A stretch of DNA of 64,000 nt, taken from contig JBOEGD010000002.1 of NCBI GenBank assembly GCA_050633245.1, forward strand, positions 87,006 to 151,005, in the 5' to 3' direction. The notes below the pieces were generated by a model. That model was not told the origin of the DNA. It saw only the letters and a list, made by a program, of their open reading frames with translations, and ran no database searches. Positions 47,670-58,409 of this stretch are shown one piece after another (the first letter of the stretch is position 1; every line of letters begins with the position of its first letter). Made by a program: the position numbers and the translations under genes. The DNA is from Calditrichia bacterium (lineage in GTDB: Bacteria > Calditrichota > Calditrichia > RBG-13-44-9 > J075).

Positions 47670-48866
47670 CTATTTTTCGGTTAGCGCGGCTACGCCTGGA
47701 AGCGTTTTACCTTCGAGAAATTCCAGGGATGCCCCACCTCCGGTAGACACATGCGACAAGCGATCTTCCAGGTTAAATTTTTTCACTGCTGCTGCAGAGT
47801 CTCCGCCTCCGACAATAGTGGTTGCGCCTTTATCGGTTATCTCAGCTAAAAAATGGGCTATAGATTCGGTCCCTTTCGCAAAATCCGGAATTTCGAAAAC
47901 GCCCATCGGGCCGTTCCAGACAATCGTCTTTGCCGTTGAGAGAATCTCTTTAAAGCGTTCGATGGATTTTGGGCCGATATCCACACCAATGCGATCAGCA
48001 GGAAATTCGTGAACGGCTACAGCTTTTGTATCCGCACCTTCTTCGAATCGATCGGCAGCAAGCACATCAACCGGCAATTCCAGAGACGTGCTACTATCCT
48101 GTGATTTTGCCAGAATACTCTTTGCCATATCCAAGCGCTCAACTTCAAGCAGCGATTTACCAATTTCCCAACCATGCGCTTTATAAAATGTAAAAATCAT
48201 ACCGCCGCCAATCACCAACGCGTCTGTCTTGCCAAGCAGATGTTCAATTACATCAATCTTACCAGAGATTTTTGCTCCCCCGAGAATAGCAACAAACGGT
48301 CGCTGCGGGTTTTCCAAAGCTTCGCCCAAATACTTTAGTTCTTTCTGCATCAGATATCCCGCGGCGCAGGTATCAAAATGAGTCGTAACGCCTGCGGTTG
48401 AGGCATGGGCGCGGTGAGCTGTGCCAAAAGCATCGTTCACATAGCAATCGCAGCCTTCAGCCAGCTGTTTAGCAAAAGAAGCATCATTTGACGTTTCACC
48501 AGCGTGAAAGCGTAGGTTTTCCAGCAGTAACACATCGCCATCCTGCAGCGTCTTTTTTAGTGCCAGCACATCACTGCCAACACAATCATTGGCAAAACGA
48601 ACCTGCCGATCCAACAGCATCGCCAGATGTTCAGCAACAGGCTGCAGGGAATAAGCTGCATCTTTTTTTCCCTTGGGTCGTCCCAGATGAGAACAAAGAA
48701 CGGCGCGCCCACCATCGGCAATAATTTTTTGAATAGACGGCAAAGCAGCGCGAATGCGCAAATCATCGGTAATAGTTCCGTCATCATCTAGTGGAACGTT
48801 GAAATCTACGCGCATCAGCACGCTTTTTCCACGCAGGTTTAAATCGTCAATAGACATTTTGGCCAT
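47670..48866 (-). CDS. pgk: Phosphoglycerate kinase
   Basis: RVDFNVP, SHLGRPKG, LLENLRF, DAFGTAHR, WNGPMGVFE, STGGGASLE. Start moved to MAKMS. Confidence 0.98.
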   Translation of the reverse strand: MAKMSIDDLNLRGKSVLMRVDFNVPLDDDGTITDDLRIRAALPSIQKIIADGGRAVLCSHLGRPKGKKDAAYSLQPVAEHLAMLLDRQVRFANDCVGSDVLALKKTLQDGDVLLLENLRFHAGETSNDASFAKQLAEGCDCYVNDAFGTAHRAHASTAGVTTHFDTCAAGYLMQKELKYLGEALENPQRPFVAILGGAKISGKIDVIEHLLGKTDALVIGGGMIFTFYKAHGWEIGKSLLEVERLDMAKSILAKSQDSSTSLELPVDVLAADRFEEGADTKAVAVHEFPADRIGVDIGPKSIERFKEILSTAKTIVWNGPMGVFEIPDFAKGTESIAHFLAEITDKGATTIVGGGDSAAAVKKFNLEDRLSHVSTGGGASLEFLEGKTLPGVAALTEK

Positions 48867-48897
48867 TGCAAGTTCCCCGGCTGTGTTTTTCATAAGC

Positions 48898-48930
48898 TTT
48901 CCCGAAGGTGAATAATCCACCTTCGGGAAA
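48898..48930. other. Perfect 13-bp-stem hairpin between gap and pgk
   Basis: TTTCCCGAAGGTG-AATAATC-CACCTTCGGGAAA; no clear U-tract in the sense direction. Confidence 0.7.
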
Positions 48931-48960
48931 GAAACTATAGAAGTAAGTGAGAAGAGTGGT

Positions 48961-49962
48961 TTACAGTGATGCCATCTTTTTCAAAATGTCTACTGTACGC
49001 TTGGAGTATCCCCACTCATTATCGTACCAAGTAACAATTTTCAGTAAATTTCCACCCATTACTTTGGTAGAAAGTGCGTCAATGATACTGGAATGTGGAT
49101 TGTCGATAATATCAGTCGAAACGATCGGGTCTTCACATACTTCAAGAACACCTTTCATCGGTCCGCTGGCGGCCTTTTTCAGCGCATTATTTACTTCTTC
49201 GGCAGTCACATCTTTATCCAGCTCGGCAACCAGGTCTACCAAAGAGCCGTCTGCTACCGGTACACGCATTGCCATTCCATCCAGCTTGCCTTTCAAATCC
49301 GGAATAACCAGACCTACCGCTTTTGCAGCACCCGTTGTGGTAGGAATAATATTCTGAGCTGCAGCACGGGCACGACGCAGGTCTTTGTGTGGTGCATCCA
49401 AAGTATGCTGATCATTTGTGTATCCGTGAATCGTTGTCATCCAGCCGCGGCGAATACCAAAAGTATCATTCAAAACCTTTGCCATCGGGGCCAGGCAGTT
49501 TGTGGTACATGACGCGTTCGAAACCAGCTTGTGTTCAGGTTTCAAGATCTCGTCGTTCACACCCAGTACAACCGTTGCATCCATTTCATCTTTTGCGGGG
49601 GCAGAAAGCAGCACTTTCTTTGCACCAGCTTCCAAATGCAGACTCATCCCCTTGCGGTTGGCGAACACACCAGTCGCTTCAATAACAACGTCGATATTCA
49701 TTTCTTTCCACGGCAGCTGCAGCGGGTCGCGCTCGGTGAACATCTTAACGCGACGGTCACCCGCGATGAGCGTATCTCCATCCAGCGAGACCGGAACGGG
49801 ATAACGACCATGAATAGAGTCATACTTCAACAGGTGAGTCATTGTCTTATTATCAGCAAGATCGTTAAGAGCAACAATCTCAATATCTGAATCATTTTGC
49901 ATTGCCTTGAAAGCAAGGCGCCCAATTCTTCCGAATCCGTTAATTGCTACGCGAATAGACAT
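48961..49962 (-). CDS. gap: Glyceraldehyde-3-phosphate dehydrogenase (type I)
   Basis: INGFGRIGR, SNASCTTNCL, DLRRARAAA, TGAAKAVG, WYDNEWGY. Confidence 0.99.
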   Translation of the reverse strand: MSIRVAINGFGRIGRLAFKAMQNDSDIEIVALNDLADNKTMTHLLKYDSIHGRYPVPVSLDGDTLIAGDRRVKMFTERDPLQLPWKEMNIDVVIEATGVFANRKGMSLHLEAGAKKVLLSAPAKDEMDATVVLGVNDEILKPEHKLVSNASCTTNCLAPMAKVLNDTFGIRRGWMTTIHGYTNDQHTLDAPHKDLRRARAAAQNIIPTTTGAAKAVGLVIPDLKGKLDGMAMRVPVADGSLVDLVAELDKDVTAEEVNNALKKAASGPMKGVLEVCEDPIVSTDIIDNPHSSIIDALSTKVMGGNLLKIVTWYDNEWGYSKRTVDILKKMASL

Positions 49963-50542
49963 ATGTTTCCCCTTTACAGGATGAAGGTAATTGTTCGTTT
50001 TATTAAAGATTTTAGTATTGTTTTGTCAGTAATAATTCCATTACAAATGCGTTCATAAGGAACTTAAAAAGAAGTTATCAATATATCTACTATGCAATTT
50101 TTTTGCAAGCCGGATTAGTGAATTTTGCTTGATTATGCCCCTACATTCAGGTTAAGTTATTTCTTCTCAACAAGTAGAGTCTCATAAGCCGCAAAGATAA
50201 TTTTTACTTTAAAAAATGGATAATGTGACTCATAACGGATTATCCAGCAGGTAAATTCACCATATTTATCTCCGATACGCTTAGAAAAGGTATCACTTAA
50301 TGCAATCTGACAAATCGGAACGGTAAACGGATCTTAAATTCCTGCTGTAAAGTTCATTTTAAGCACGCCGACTATTTAACAGGATCGGTAAAAATGTCCG
50401 AAAGATTACTTTGCCCGATCCAAAAGCAGTATTTATTATGAAGAAGAACGTCTTAATGTGGCAAGGTAGTCACAAACTGTCGGCGATGGAGCGGAGCGGC
50501 AAGACGGTATTGACATATGCTACCCATTTCAGGAGGTTTTCA

Positions 50543-51367
50543 ATGCGCCTTTTTTTCGTCGCAACTCTATTAATTTTCCTTTCTGCCTGCAGCTCTAAAA
50601 CGGTAAAAGAGAATATCCCCGAAGAGCAGGTTCCAACAAGTCTACTTGAATTGGGTGATACATACTACTCCGAAGGAAGCTACGAAAATGCTTTTCGCGC
50701 TTATGGGAGTATTTATAACAACTATCCCACCAGTCGTGAATATATTGATGCCGCTATCGGTTTGAGTAAGACCTACGGCAAGCTGGAAAACTATGAGAAG
50801 GAATTTGACATTCTCTACTCATTACTGCGTGAAAATCTGATTCCTTCAAAAGTGCCCCACGTTTACAATGCCATCGCCGAGTTTTATGAGGAAAGCGCCG
50901 GTATATCCGAGCAGCTTACCGGTGAAGGATCAGGAGATTATCTTACGGCAATAAACTATTTTGATAAAGCAATCAAATATCCAAATAGTGAAGACCTTTC
51001 CGCAAAGGGATATGCGCAGTTTAAGATTGGTCAGGTTCATGAGAGGCTAAGAAACTACAATGAAGCAATTACCGCCTACAAAGGCACTATGAGCACCTAC
51101 AGCGAAACCGAATGGGCAAATAAAGCAGAAGAGAACATCGCTTCTATTGAGGATCGTGTTCGCATGCGCAGAGAGTTCGAACAAGACGGTCTGCTACCGA
51201 CCAGTGAGACTCCGATGAGCACCAACGGCAGCATGGAAGAGGCCATGGCTGAAGGTGAGACTAACGGCAAAGAAGCGATGAGCAATTTGGTCCCGCAAAC
51301 AGAGGACGTGTTGCAAGACAGCACGATGACGCCTTCTGTGCCCGATAGTACCTCAGAAATAAAGTAA
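50543..51367 (+). CDS. TPR-repeat lipoprotein (BamD/CpoB-like fold) with acidic disordered tail
   Basis: SD AGGAGG before ATG 50543; lipobox LSAC; TPR motifs YPTS, AINYFDKAIKYPNS, AQFKIGQV. Confidence 0.8.
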   Translation: MRLFFVATLLIFLSACSSKTVKENIPEEQVPTSLLELGDTYYSEGSYENAFRAYGSIYNNYPTSREYIDAAIGLSKTYGKLENYEKEFDILYSLLRENLIPSKVPHVYNAIAEFYEESAGISEQLTGEGSGDYLTAINYFDKAIKYPNSEDLSAKGYAQFKIGQVHERLRNYNEAITAYKGTMSTYSETEWANKAEENIASIEDRVRMRREFEQDGLLPTSETPMSTNGSMEEAMAEGETNGKEAMSNLVPQTEDVLQDSTMTPSVPDSTSEIK

Positions 51368-51422
51368 CCCCCCTTCGCCTGCTGTGTGTCCAATATGCAG
51401 CAGGCAAATTGAAAGACTATCA

Positions 51423-52451
51423 ATGGAATTAACACCGCAATTTCTGGAAAAGCTTCCAAAGACAGATTTACATGTACACCTCGATGGATGCCTGCGCATC
51501 CCCACTCTTATCGACCTTGCTGCCAAACAAAACGTCGAGCTGCCTTCGACAAACCCAAAGGCTCTGGCCAAATATGTAATGACTGGCAAGAACTGTAAAA
51601 ACCTCGGTGAGTATTTGCAGGGTTTCGACATCACGTTGTCCGTTTTACAGGAAGCCGAGGCACTCTACCGGGTTGCCTACGAGCTGGCAGAAGACGCGGC
51701 AAAAGAGAACGTTTGGTATATGGAGGTTCGCTACTCCCCCATCCTGCATACGCAAAAAGGAATGAGCCTCACAACTATTGTGGATGCCGTTTTGCAGGGA
51801 TTGGCAGATGCTGAAAAGGCCTTCAATATTAAAACCGGCGTAATAATCTGCGGCATGCGGAACATCAACCCGGAGACCTCTCTAATGCTCGCAGAACTGG
51901 CCGTCGCATATAAAAATCGCGGTGTGGTGGCTTTTGACCTCGCCGGACAGGAAGAAAGCTATCCCGCCAAGGACCACAAGGAAGCCTATTATCTGATTCG
52001 CAATAACAATATCAATACAACCGCTCATGCCGGAGAAGCTTTTGGCGCGGAGAGTATTCATCAGGCGATTCACTACTGCGGTGCACATCGTATTGGACAT
52101 GGAACCCGTTTATTTGAGAATGGCGACTTGTTGAACTACTGTAACGATCATCGTATTCCGCTCGAGATTTGCTTGCTCAGCAACATTCAAACCGGCGCCT
52201 CCCCTTCTCTGGAAAGACATCCGCTAAAATTGTATTACAATTACGGATTGCGCGTCTGCATCAACACCGACAATCGCCTTATATCAGATACCACAGTGAG
52301 CAATGAGTATTATCTTGCTGCCAAACATCTTGGTTTTCAACTGGACGATATCAAGAATATTATTATTGATGGATTTAAAAGCGCTTTCCTGCCGAAGAGA
52401 ACCCGCTCGGTATTGCTTCAGCAAGTAACAACTGAGCTGGCAAAATACTAG
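51423..52451 (+). CDS. add: Adenosine deaminase
   Basis: LPKTDLHVHLDG, EVRYSP, DLAG.E, HAGE, RIGHG, LEIC..SN, INTDN. Confidence 0.93.
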   Translation: MELTPQFLEKLPKTDLHVHLDGCLRIPTLIDLAAKQNVELPSTNPKALAKYVMTGKNCKNLGEYLQGFDITLSVLQEAEALYRVAYELAEDAAKENVWYMEVRYSPILHTQKGMSLTTIVDAVLQGLADAEKAFNIKTGVIICGMRNINPETSLMLAELAVAYKNRGVVAFDLAGQEESYPAKDHKEAYYLIRNNNINTTAHAGEAFGAESIHQAIHYCGAHRIGHGTRLFENGDLLNYCNDHRIPLEICLLSNIQTGASPSLERHPLKLYYNYGLRVCINTDNRLISDTTVSNEYYLAAKHLGFQLDDIKNIIIDGFKSAFLPKRTRSVLLQQVTTELAKY

Positions 52452-52477
52452 CCCTTTTCCAAACATCTATCGCGAAC

Positions 52478-52514
52478 AAAAAAAGAGCCTGCTCAAAATG
52501 AACAGGCTCTTTTT
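52478..52514. terminator. Bidirectional terminator between convergent add and secA
   Basis: AAAAAAAGAGCCTG-N11-CAGGCTCTTTTT. Confidence 0.88.
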
Positions 52515-52538
52515 AATTCGCAATAATGCTGCGGCAGT

Positions 52539-55500
52539 TTATGCTCCACCACTACCGTGGCATTTTTTATATTTCTTTCCGCTTCCACATGGACACGGAT
52601 CATTTCTTCCAACTTTCTTGTCTGCTCTTATGGGCTGTTTGGCACCTCCGGCTCTCGATTCGCCTTCCTGGGGTGTTCCCGGTGGTCGCTGTGTCTGTGC
52701 AGGCGCATTGAAGCCCATATTGGTTGCATCTTTATGCTGCGTAACCATACGCGACGGTGTTCCGCGACGGCGGTCGCGGCGATCTTGCGGTGCTTCAACA
52801 AACTGTGTTCGCCAAAGCACTTCCAAAATCTTCTGATTGATATTGTCATTGAGATCCAGAAACATTTCGTAGGACTCGCGCTTATACTCAATAAGCGGAT
52901 CTTTCTGACCATAGGCACGCAGGCCAATTCCCTCTTTCAGCATATCCATTTGATGAAGGTGGTCTTTCCAGAGGTCATCAATTACACGAAGTGTAATATG
53001 TTTCTCAAAGTCGCGCAGCAGGTCTTCTCCAACCTTTTCCTGCTTATAGTCGCGAATCTTAAACGCTTCTTCCAGAATATAATCGCGCAGCTCCTCCGGC
53101 CCCGTTTCCATCAGCTTATCTTCGCCAAGGGTATTGAGGTCAATCATCAGAGTTCTGACCAGCATGTCGTTTAGGCCTTCAAAGTCCCAGTCGGAATGCC
53201 CACGCTTTTCACTGAGGAATATCTCGAACTGAGCTTCTATAAAGTCTTCCAGCAGCTCACTCACTTTTTCACGATCGTTCAGACCTTTAAGTGCACTACG
53301 ACGGCGCTCATAGATAACCTCACGCTGCTTGTTCATCACATCATCGTATTCAAGCAGGTGCTTACGAATACCAAAGTTTTGTCCCTCTACGCGCTTCTGG
53401 GCACGTTCAACTGCTTTGGTAACCATGGAGTGGCTGATAACTTCACCCTCCTCTGCACCAAGGCGATCCATCACCTTAATCATACGATCGGAGCCAAACA
53501 GTCGCATCAGATCATCTTCCAGGGAAAGGAAGAATCGGCTGGATCCGGGGTCGCCCTGACGACCGGCACGTCCGCGTAACTGGCGGTCGATACGTCGTGC
53601 TTCATGACGCTCTGTGCCGATAATCTGCAGGCCAAAGGGCGCTTCCTCAGCACCTGTTCCATCGGTATCGAGTTCACCACGGACACCCGTTCCCAGCTTA
53701 ATGTCCGTTCCACGACCAGCCATGTTGGTAGCGATTGTTACCGCTCCCGGCTGACCGGCCTTCTGAACAATCTCGGCTTCCTGCTTGTGATACTTGGCGT
53801 TTAGCACGTGGTGCGGCACGCGGCGCCTCTTCAGCATACGGCTAAGCACCTCAGACACTTCAACCGTAATGGTACCGACCAATACCGGCCGTCCAAGCTT
53901 ATGCAGTCGTTCGACTTCATCGACAACAGCATTGTATTTTTCGCGCTTTGTACGATAGATAAAGTCTTCATTATCTGCTCTGGCAATCGGCACATTGGTT
54001 GGAATAACAACCACGTCCAATTTATAAATATCCCAGAACTCATTTGCTTCCGTTTCAGCCGTTCCGGTCATTCCGGCCAGCTTGTCGTACAATCGGAAGT
54101 AGTTCTGTAGTGTAATCGTGGCCAGAGTTTGAGTCTCATTCTCGACTTTTACATTTTCTTTCGCTTCCAGCGCCTGATGCAGCCCGTCACTAAAGCGGCG
54201 GCCATACATAATGCGACCGGTGAACTCATCTACGATCAGAACTTTGCCTTCTTGAACCACATAAGTAATATCTTTTTCGAAAAGCGTATAAGCCTTCAAA
54301 AGCTGTGATATATTGTGAAGTTTTTCATTCTTTCGGGCATATTCAATCTGTAGTTCATTCTTTTGCTCGCGACGCTGCTCTTCGCTAAGCTCCTCATCTC
54401 CTTCAATTCGACTGAACTCTTCCGGCAAATCGGGAAGAATAAACTCTGATGAATCGTTTGGAGACAGTTCTTCACGTCCCTTATCCGTAAGGTCAGCAAT
54501 ATTGCGCTTCTCATCTACACTGTAATACAGTTCTTCATCAACTTCATGCAAACGCTTGTCGCGAATAAAGGCATTCTCTACTTCAAACACCAGCTTCTGC
54601 ACACCTTCCTGCTGATACAGTTTGCGCAGGCGATTGTTTTTCGGAGCGCCACGTTGTGCGATAAGAAGCTTTAAACCAGCTTCTTCTAACTCATCCTGCT
54701 CCAGAAGCTTCTCGCCGTCGGCGATCAGTTCAGTTACATAGCGATTTTGCAGCCTTACCAGCTTATCGACAATCGGCTTTACAATGTTGTAGTTTTCATG
54801 TGAGGAATGTTCAACGGCACCAGAAATAATCAGCGGTGTTCGCGCTTCATCAATCAGTACGCTGTCGACCTCATCAATAATACAATAGTTATGGCCACGG
54901 ACCTGAGACATCAGTTCTTCTGAGCCTGCCATATTATCGCGCAGGTAATCAAAGCCGAACTCGTTATTGGTTCCATAGGTAATGTCGCTCATATACGCTT
55001 CACGACGTTTCGACGGCTCCATGTTATTTAGGATAATACCAACGGTTAGGCCAAGAAATTCGAAGATTGGTCGCATCCATTCAGCATCTCGCTGAGCAAG
55101 ATAATCGTTCACGGTAATGAGGTGCGCACCTTCACCGGAAAGCGCATTTAAATAGAGCGGCAGCGTGGCTACCAGCGTTTTACCTTCTCCCGTTGCCATC
55201 TCGGCGATCTTTCCCTGATGTAAAACGATACCGCCGATTAGCTGCACATCGAAGTGCACCATTTCCCAGACGGTTTCCTTACCGGCCACCATAAAGGACT
55301 TACCGCAAAGGCGACGAGCGGTTTCTTTGACGGCTGCAAATGCCTCGGGCAGAATATCATCAAGAGTTTCGCCTTCTTCCAGGCGTCCGCGGAACTCGGG
55401 TGTTTTTGCTTGTAGTTCTTCATCGCTCAGGTTGGCATAAGACGCGAAGTGTTCATTGATTTCATCAATAAGACCGTCCATTTTACGGACTTCGCGGTCA

Positions 55501-55541
55501 TTTTTACTACCAAATACTTTCTTAAAAAGCTGTGTTACCAT
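52539..55541 (-). CDS. secA: Preprotein translocase ATPase SecA
   Basis: [79 protein letters not shown]. Confidence 0.99.
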   Translation of the reverse strand: MVTQLFKKVFGSKNDREVRKMDGLIDEINEHFASYANLSDEELQAKTPEFRGRLEEGETLDDILPEAFAAVKETARRLCGKSFMVAGKETVWEMVHFDVQLIGGIVLHQGKIAEMATGEGKTLVATLPLYLNALSGEGAHLITVNDYLAQRDAEWMRPIFEFLGLTVGIILNNMEPSKRREAYMSDITYGTNNEFGFDYLRDNMAGSEELMSQVRGHNYCIIDEVDSVLIDEARTPLIISGAVEHSSHENYNIVKPIVDKLVRLQNRYVTELIADGEKLLEQDELEEAGLKLLIAQRGAPKNNRLRKLYQQEGVQKLVFEVENAFIRDKRLHEVDEELYYSVDEKRNIADLTDKGREELSPNDSSEFILPDLPEEFSRIEGDEELSEEQRREQKNELQIEYARKNEKLHNISQLLKAYTLFEKDITYVVQEGKVLIVDEFTGRIMYGRRFSDGLHQALEAKENVKVENETQTLATITLQNYFRLYDKLAGMTGTAETEANEFWDIYKLDVVVIPTNVPIARADNEDFIYRTKREKYNAVVDEVERLHKLGRPVLVGTITVEVSEVLSRMLKRRRVPHHVLNAKYHKQEAEIVQKAGQPGAVTIATNMAGRGTDIKLGTGVRGELDTDGTGAEEAPFGLQIIGTERHEARRIDRQLRGRAGRQGDPGSSRFFLSLEDDLMRLFGSDRMIKVMDRLGAEEGEVISHSMVTKAVERAQKRVEGQNFGIRKHLLEYDDVMNKQREVIYERRRSALKGLNDREKVSELLEDFIEAQFEIFLSEKRGHSDWDFEGLNDMLVRTLMIDLNTLGEDKLMETGPEELRDYILEEAFKIRDYKQEKVGEDLLRDFEKHITLRVIDDLWKDHLHQMDMLKEGIGLRAYGQKDPLIEYKRESYEMFLDLNDNINQKILEVLWRTQFVEAPQDRRDRRRGTPSRMVTQHKDATNMGFNAPAQTQRPPGTPQEGESRAGGAKQPIRADKKVGRNDPCPCGSGKKYKKCHGSGGA

Positions 55542-55689
55542 GTTTTCCTCTATTGATTCGGGAGAATATCTCCCTGCATACTAATTTTCGTCTGGCACTC
55601 ACCAATACCTTAGATGAGATTGCGTAAATCAAGTTACAAAAATAGGCTTTTAGGGATGAGTACGCAATACTTTTCTTGGGTAGAAAAGA

Positions 55690-56409
55690 CTATTGCCCCG
55701 CGAATAGACGCATAGCGAGAAAGGACGGAAGTTGGCTGTCGATTATTTGCTGATAGGTAGTTTCAACCGGATATTCGAGACGAACATAGCGCAATGAAGT
55801 GGTATCGCTGTCATAGATTACAAAGCAGGAACGCGGGTCTCCATCGCGTGGCTGTCCGATGCTTCCCACATTGACGATATAGCGATCCTTGCTCAGATCT
55901 AACGTAATATCCTCCTCATCCATAACGCCTTCGTTATAAGAGAAGATAACCGGAATATGCGAATGTCCTATAAAAGCAACTTTTTGTTTGATAGCGTCCA
56001 GATTGCGACGAGCGTCTTCTGCAGAGAAAATATAGTGCCATTCTTTGGGCTGAACCGGCGTTGCATGCACAAACATGGCATCGCCAGCAGTGGAAATAAA
56101 CGGCATATTTTCGAGATAGGATTTATTGTACTGCGTCATCGTGCGACGCGTCCAGAGAACAGCGTCGCGTGCATATTGATTGAAGTGATTAACATCGGTT
56201 AGGCCAAGAACGGCATGGTCGTGATTTCCCATCAAGCACACATCGGTGTGCTCTTTAACGAGTTCAACGCATTCATTTGGCTTTGGGCCATAACCTACAA
56301 CATCTCCCAGGCAAATAATACTGGATACTTCTTCCGATTCTAGATGAGTTAATACATTCTTGAGCGCTTCAACATTGCCGTGAATATCGGAGATAATGGC
56401 ATATTTCAC
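55690..56409 (-). CDS. Calcineurin-like metallophosphoesterase (YfcE-like)
   Basis: SDIHGN, GDVVGYG, GNHD, GHSH, NVGSIGQPRDGDPR; GTG start overlaps the nusB stop. Confidence 0.9.
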   Translation of the reverse strand: MKYAIISDIHGNVEALKNVLTHLESEEVSSIICLGDVVGYGPKPNECVELVKEHTDVCLMGNHDHAVLGLTDVNHFNQYARDAVLWTRRTMTQYNKSYLENMPFISTAGDAMFVHATPVQPKEWHYIFSAEDARRNLDAIKQKVAFIGHSHIPVIFSYNEGVMDEEDITLDLSKDRYIVNVGSIGQPRDGDPRSCFVIYDSDTTSLRYVRLEYPVETTYQQIIDSQLPSFLAMRLFAGQ

Positions 56410-56888
56410 TAGGTATTGCCTTTTTGCTGGGGTTGCTTTTTGCGGTTGAGGGCGACCTTTACAGGGATATTTTTCAGCAACTTATTGTCGGCTTTTAGTT
56501 CTTTGTAGATGGAATCGAGGATGCCATTCACAAATTTCCGACTCTTCAAGTTACTAAAATCCTTACTGATTTCCAATGCTTCATTAATGGTCACTTCCAC
56601 GGGGATGTCTGGAAAATGGATCATTTCGCAAAGTGCCATACGGATCAATACACGATCCAACACAGCAACGCGCTGATAATCCCAGTTACGGAGATGCTTC
56701 TTGATGAGATCATTTAGCTCATCTTCGTGTTCCGTTGTAATAACTGCGAGATCCATGGTAAACGGGATAACCCGTTCCTCGAGGCTTTCGGACACCTTCG
56801 AAGCCACATCCCTGATATTTTCACGCAAAAAATCATTGGTGAAAAGAATTTGCAAGGCCGTCCTGCGTGCCAATCGACGAGAGAGCAT
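56409..56888 (-). CDS. nusB: Transcription antitermination factor NusB
   Basis: RRLARRTALQIL, W...R...LDR.LIR, P..V.INEA.E..K.F, FVNGILD. Confidence 0.95.
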   Translation of the reverse strand: MLSRRLARRTALQILFTNDFLRENIRDVASKVSESLEERVIPFTMDLAVITTEHEDELNDLIKKHLRNWDYQRVAVLDRVLIRMALCEMIHFPDIPVEVTINEALEISKDFSNLKSRKFVNGILDSIYKELKADNKLLKNIPVKVALNRKKQPQQKGNT

Positions 56889-57218
56889 TACGTTGTCCTC
56901 TAGCTGCTTAAAATCCGTTTATCCAGCACTTTACTGAACTTTTGAACGCGGGGTCGTGCGCTTAATCAATACAATTGATATAGCGTTCAGAATTAACTGA
57001 ATAAGACGCCCGGATCTCCGGATGCATTGAATACGATTTCATCACTCCGCATACGTCCCGCATGCCGCAATGGGGTTGCCAATCAACCGATTATGTCATT
57101 AATCAAAGAACAGAAAATCTTTATTTGCCTGTTTATCGAACCAGGCGCTGCTGCCCTCATCCCAAAATAAAGGGATGGAAGTTAGCCGATTTAAACTGTA
57201 AATCCAATACGAATGTAA

Positions 57219-58409
57219 TTATGCAGTTGCTTCAACAACAACGGCTACTGCTTCTCCCCCACCAATACAAAGGGTAGCTAATCCACGTTTTGCGCCAGTG
57301 CGCTGCATGTTGTGTAGTAGCGTGGTAAAAATACGCGCACCACTTGCACCAATCGGATGTCCAATAGCGATGGCACCACCACTCGGATTCACCTTCGCCG
57401 GATCGATTTTCAGCGATGTATTTGCAGCCATGGTCACTACTGCAAAAGCTTCATTGATTTCGAAGAGATCAATATCATCAACCGACAGGTCATTACGCTT
57501 CAAAACCGTTTGCATTGCGTCTACCGGTGCGGTAGTAAACCATTCGGGCTCCTTCGAGGCCGTGCTGTATCCTACGATGCGGGCAATTGGCGTCAGGTTT
57601 AGTTTCTCTGCCGTCTCGGCTGCCATAACCACAATTGCCGACGCACCATCATTAATTGTTGAGGCATTCGCCGCAGTAATGGTGCCTTCCTTGTCGAACA
57701 CCGGACGAAGGGAAGGAATCTTCTCAAACTTAACACGTGCCGGTTCTTCATCGGTATCAACAACGGTATCGCCTTTGCGTCCCTTAATAACAACCGGAAC
57801 GATTTCTTCAGTAAAATGGCCGCTTTCCTGTGCAGCTTGCGCCCGCTTATAGCTGGCAGTAGCAAACTCATCTTGTGCTTCACGGCTAAATTCATATTTG
57901 CTTGCGCACATTTCAGCAGCATTTCCCATGTGGAAATCGTTATAGACATCCCAAAGGCCATCGCGGATCATACTGTCGACTACCTCATTGTGCCCCATAC
58001 GATAGCCAAAACGTGCCTTCTCGAGTAAATAAGGTGCATTGCTCATGCTTTCCATACCACCGGCAATAACGACATCGGCATCGCCAATGGCAATGGCCTG
58101 GCTGGCCAGCATTACAGCTTTCAATCCAGAGCCACACATTTTATTAATAGTCAAACAGCTCACGCTCTTTGGGAGACCGGCATAAATTGCAGCCTGGCGC
58201 GCGGGAGCCTGTCCAAGACCGGCAGCGAGCACATTTCCCATAATCACCTTATCTACAGCTTCCGGCTTCACACCAGCTTTTTCGAGAGCACCCTTTATGG
58301 CAATACTGCCCAGTTCCGGTGCGCGTACAGAGGATAATGTTCCACCATAACTACCTACCGGCGTACGGACGGCGGAAACTATAACAACGTCACGAATAGA
58401 TTTACTCAT
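57219..58409 (-). CDS. Acetyl-CoA C-acetyltransferase (thiolase)
   Basis: INKMCGSGL, GGMESMS, NASTINDGA, NEAF, GHPIGASG, LCIGGG. Confidence 0.96.
   Translation of the reverse strand: MSKSIRDVVIVSAVRTPVGSYGGTLSSVRAPELGSIAIKGALEKAGVKPEAVDKVIMGNVLAAGLGQAPARQAAIYAGLPKSVSCLTINKMCGSGLKAVMLASQAIAIGDADVVIAGGMESMSNAPYLLEKARFGYRMGHNEVVDSMIRDGLWDVYNDFHMGNAAEMCASKYEFSREAQDEFATASYKRAQAAQESGHFTEEIVPVVIKGRKGDTVVDTDEEPARVKFEKIPSLRPVFDKEGTITAANASTINDGASAIVVMAAETAEKLNLTPIARIVGYSTASKEPEWFTTAPVDAMQTVLKRNDLSVDDIDLFEINEAFAVVTMAANTSLKIDPAKVNPSGGAIAIGHPIGASGARIFTTLLHNMQRTGAKRGLATLCIGGGEAVAVVVEATA

Noticed and set aside
49963-50542. Replication origin (long AT-rich intergenic region with TTATCCA cores)
   Set aside because: Only partial DnaA boxes, no cluster of TTATCCACA, no dnaA/dnaN/gidA context, and no switch in gene strand bias.
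56889-57218. ribH, FMN riboswitch, tmRNA or tRNA upstream of nusB
   Set aside because: No lumazine synthase ORF, no FMN aptamer core, and no T-arm/CCA signature. Kept only as a low-confidence structured-RNA candidate.
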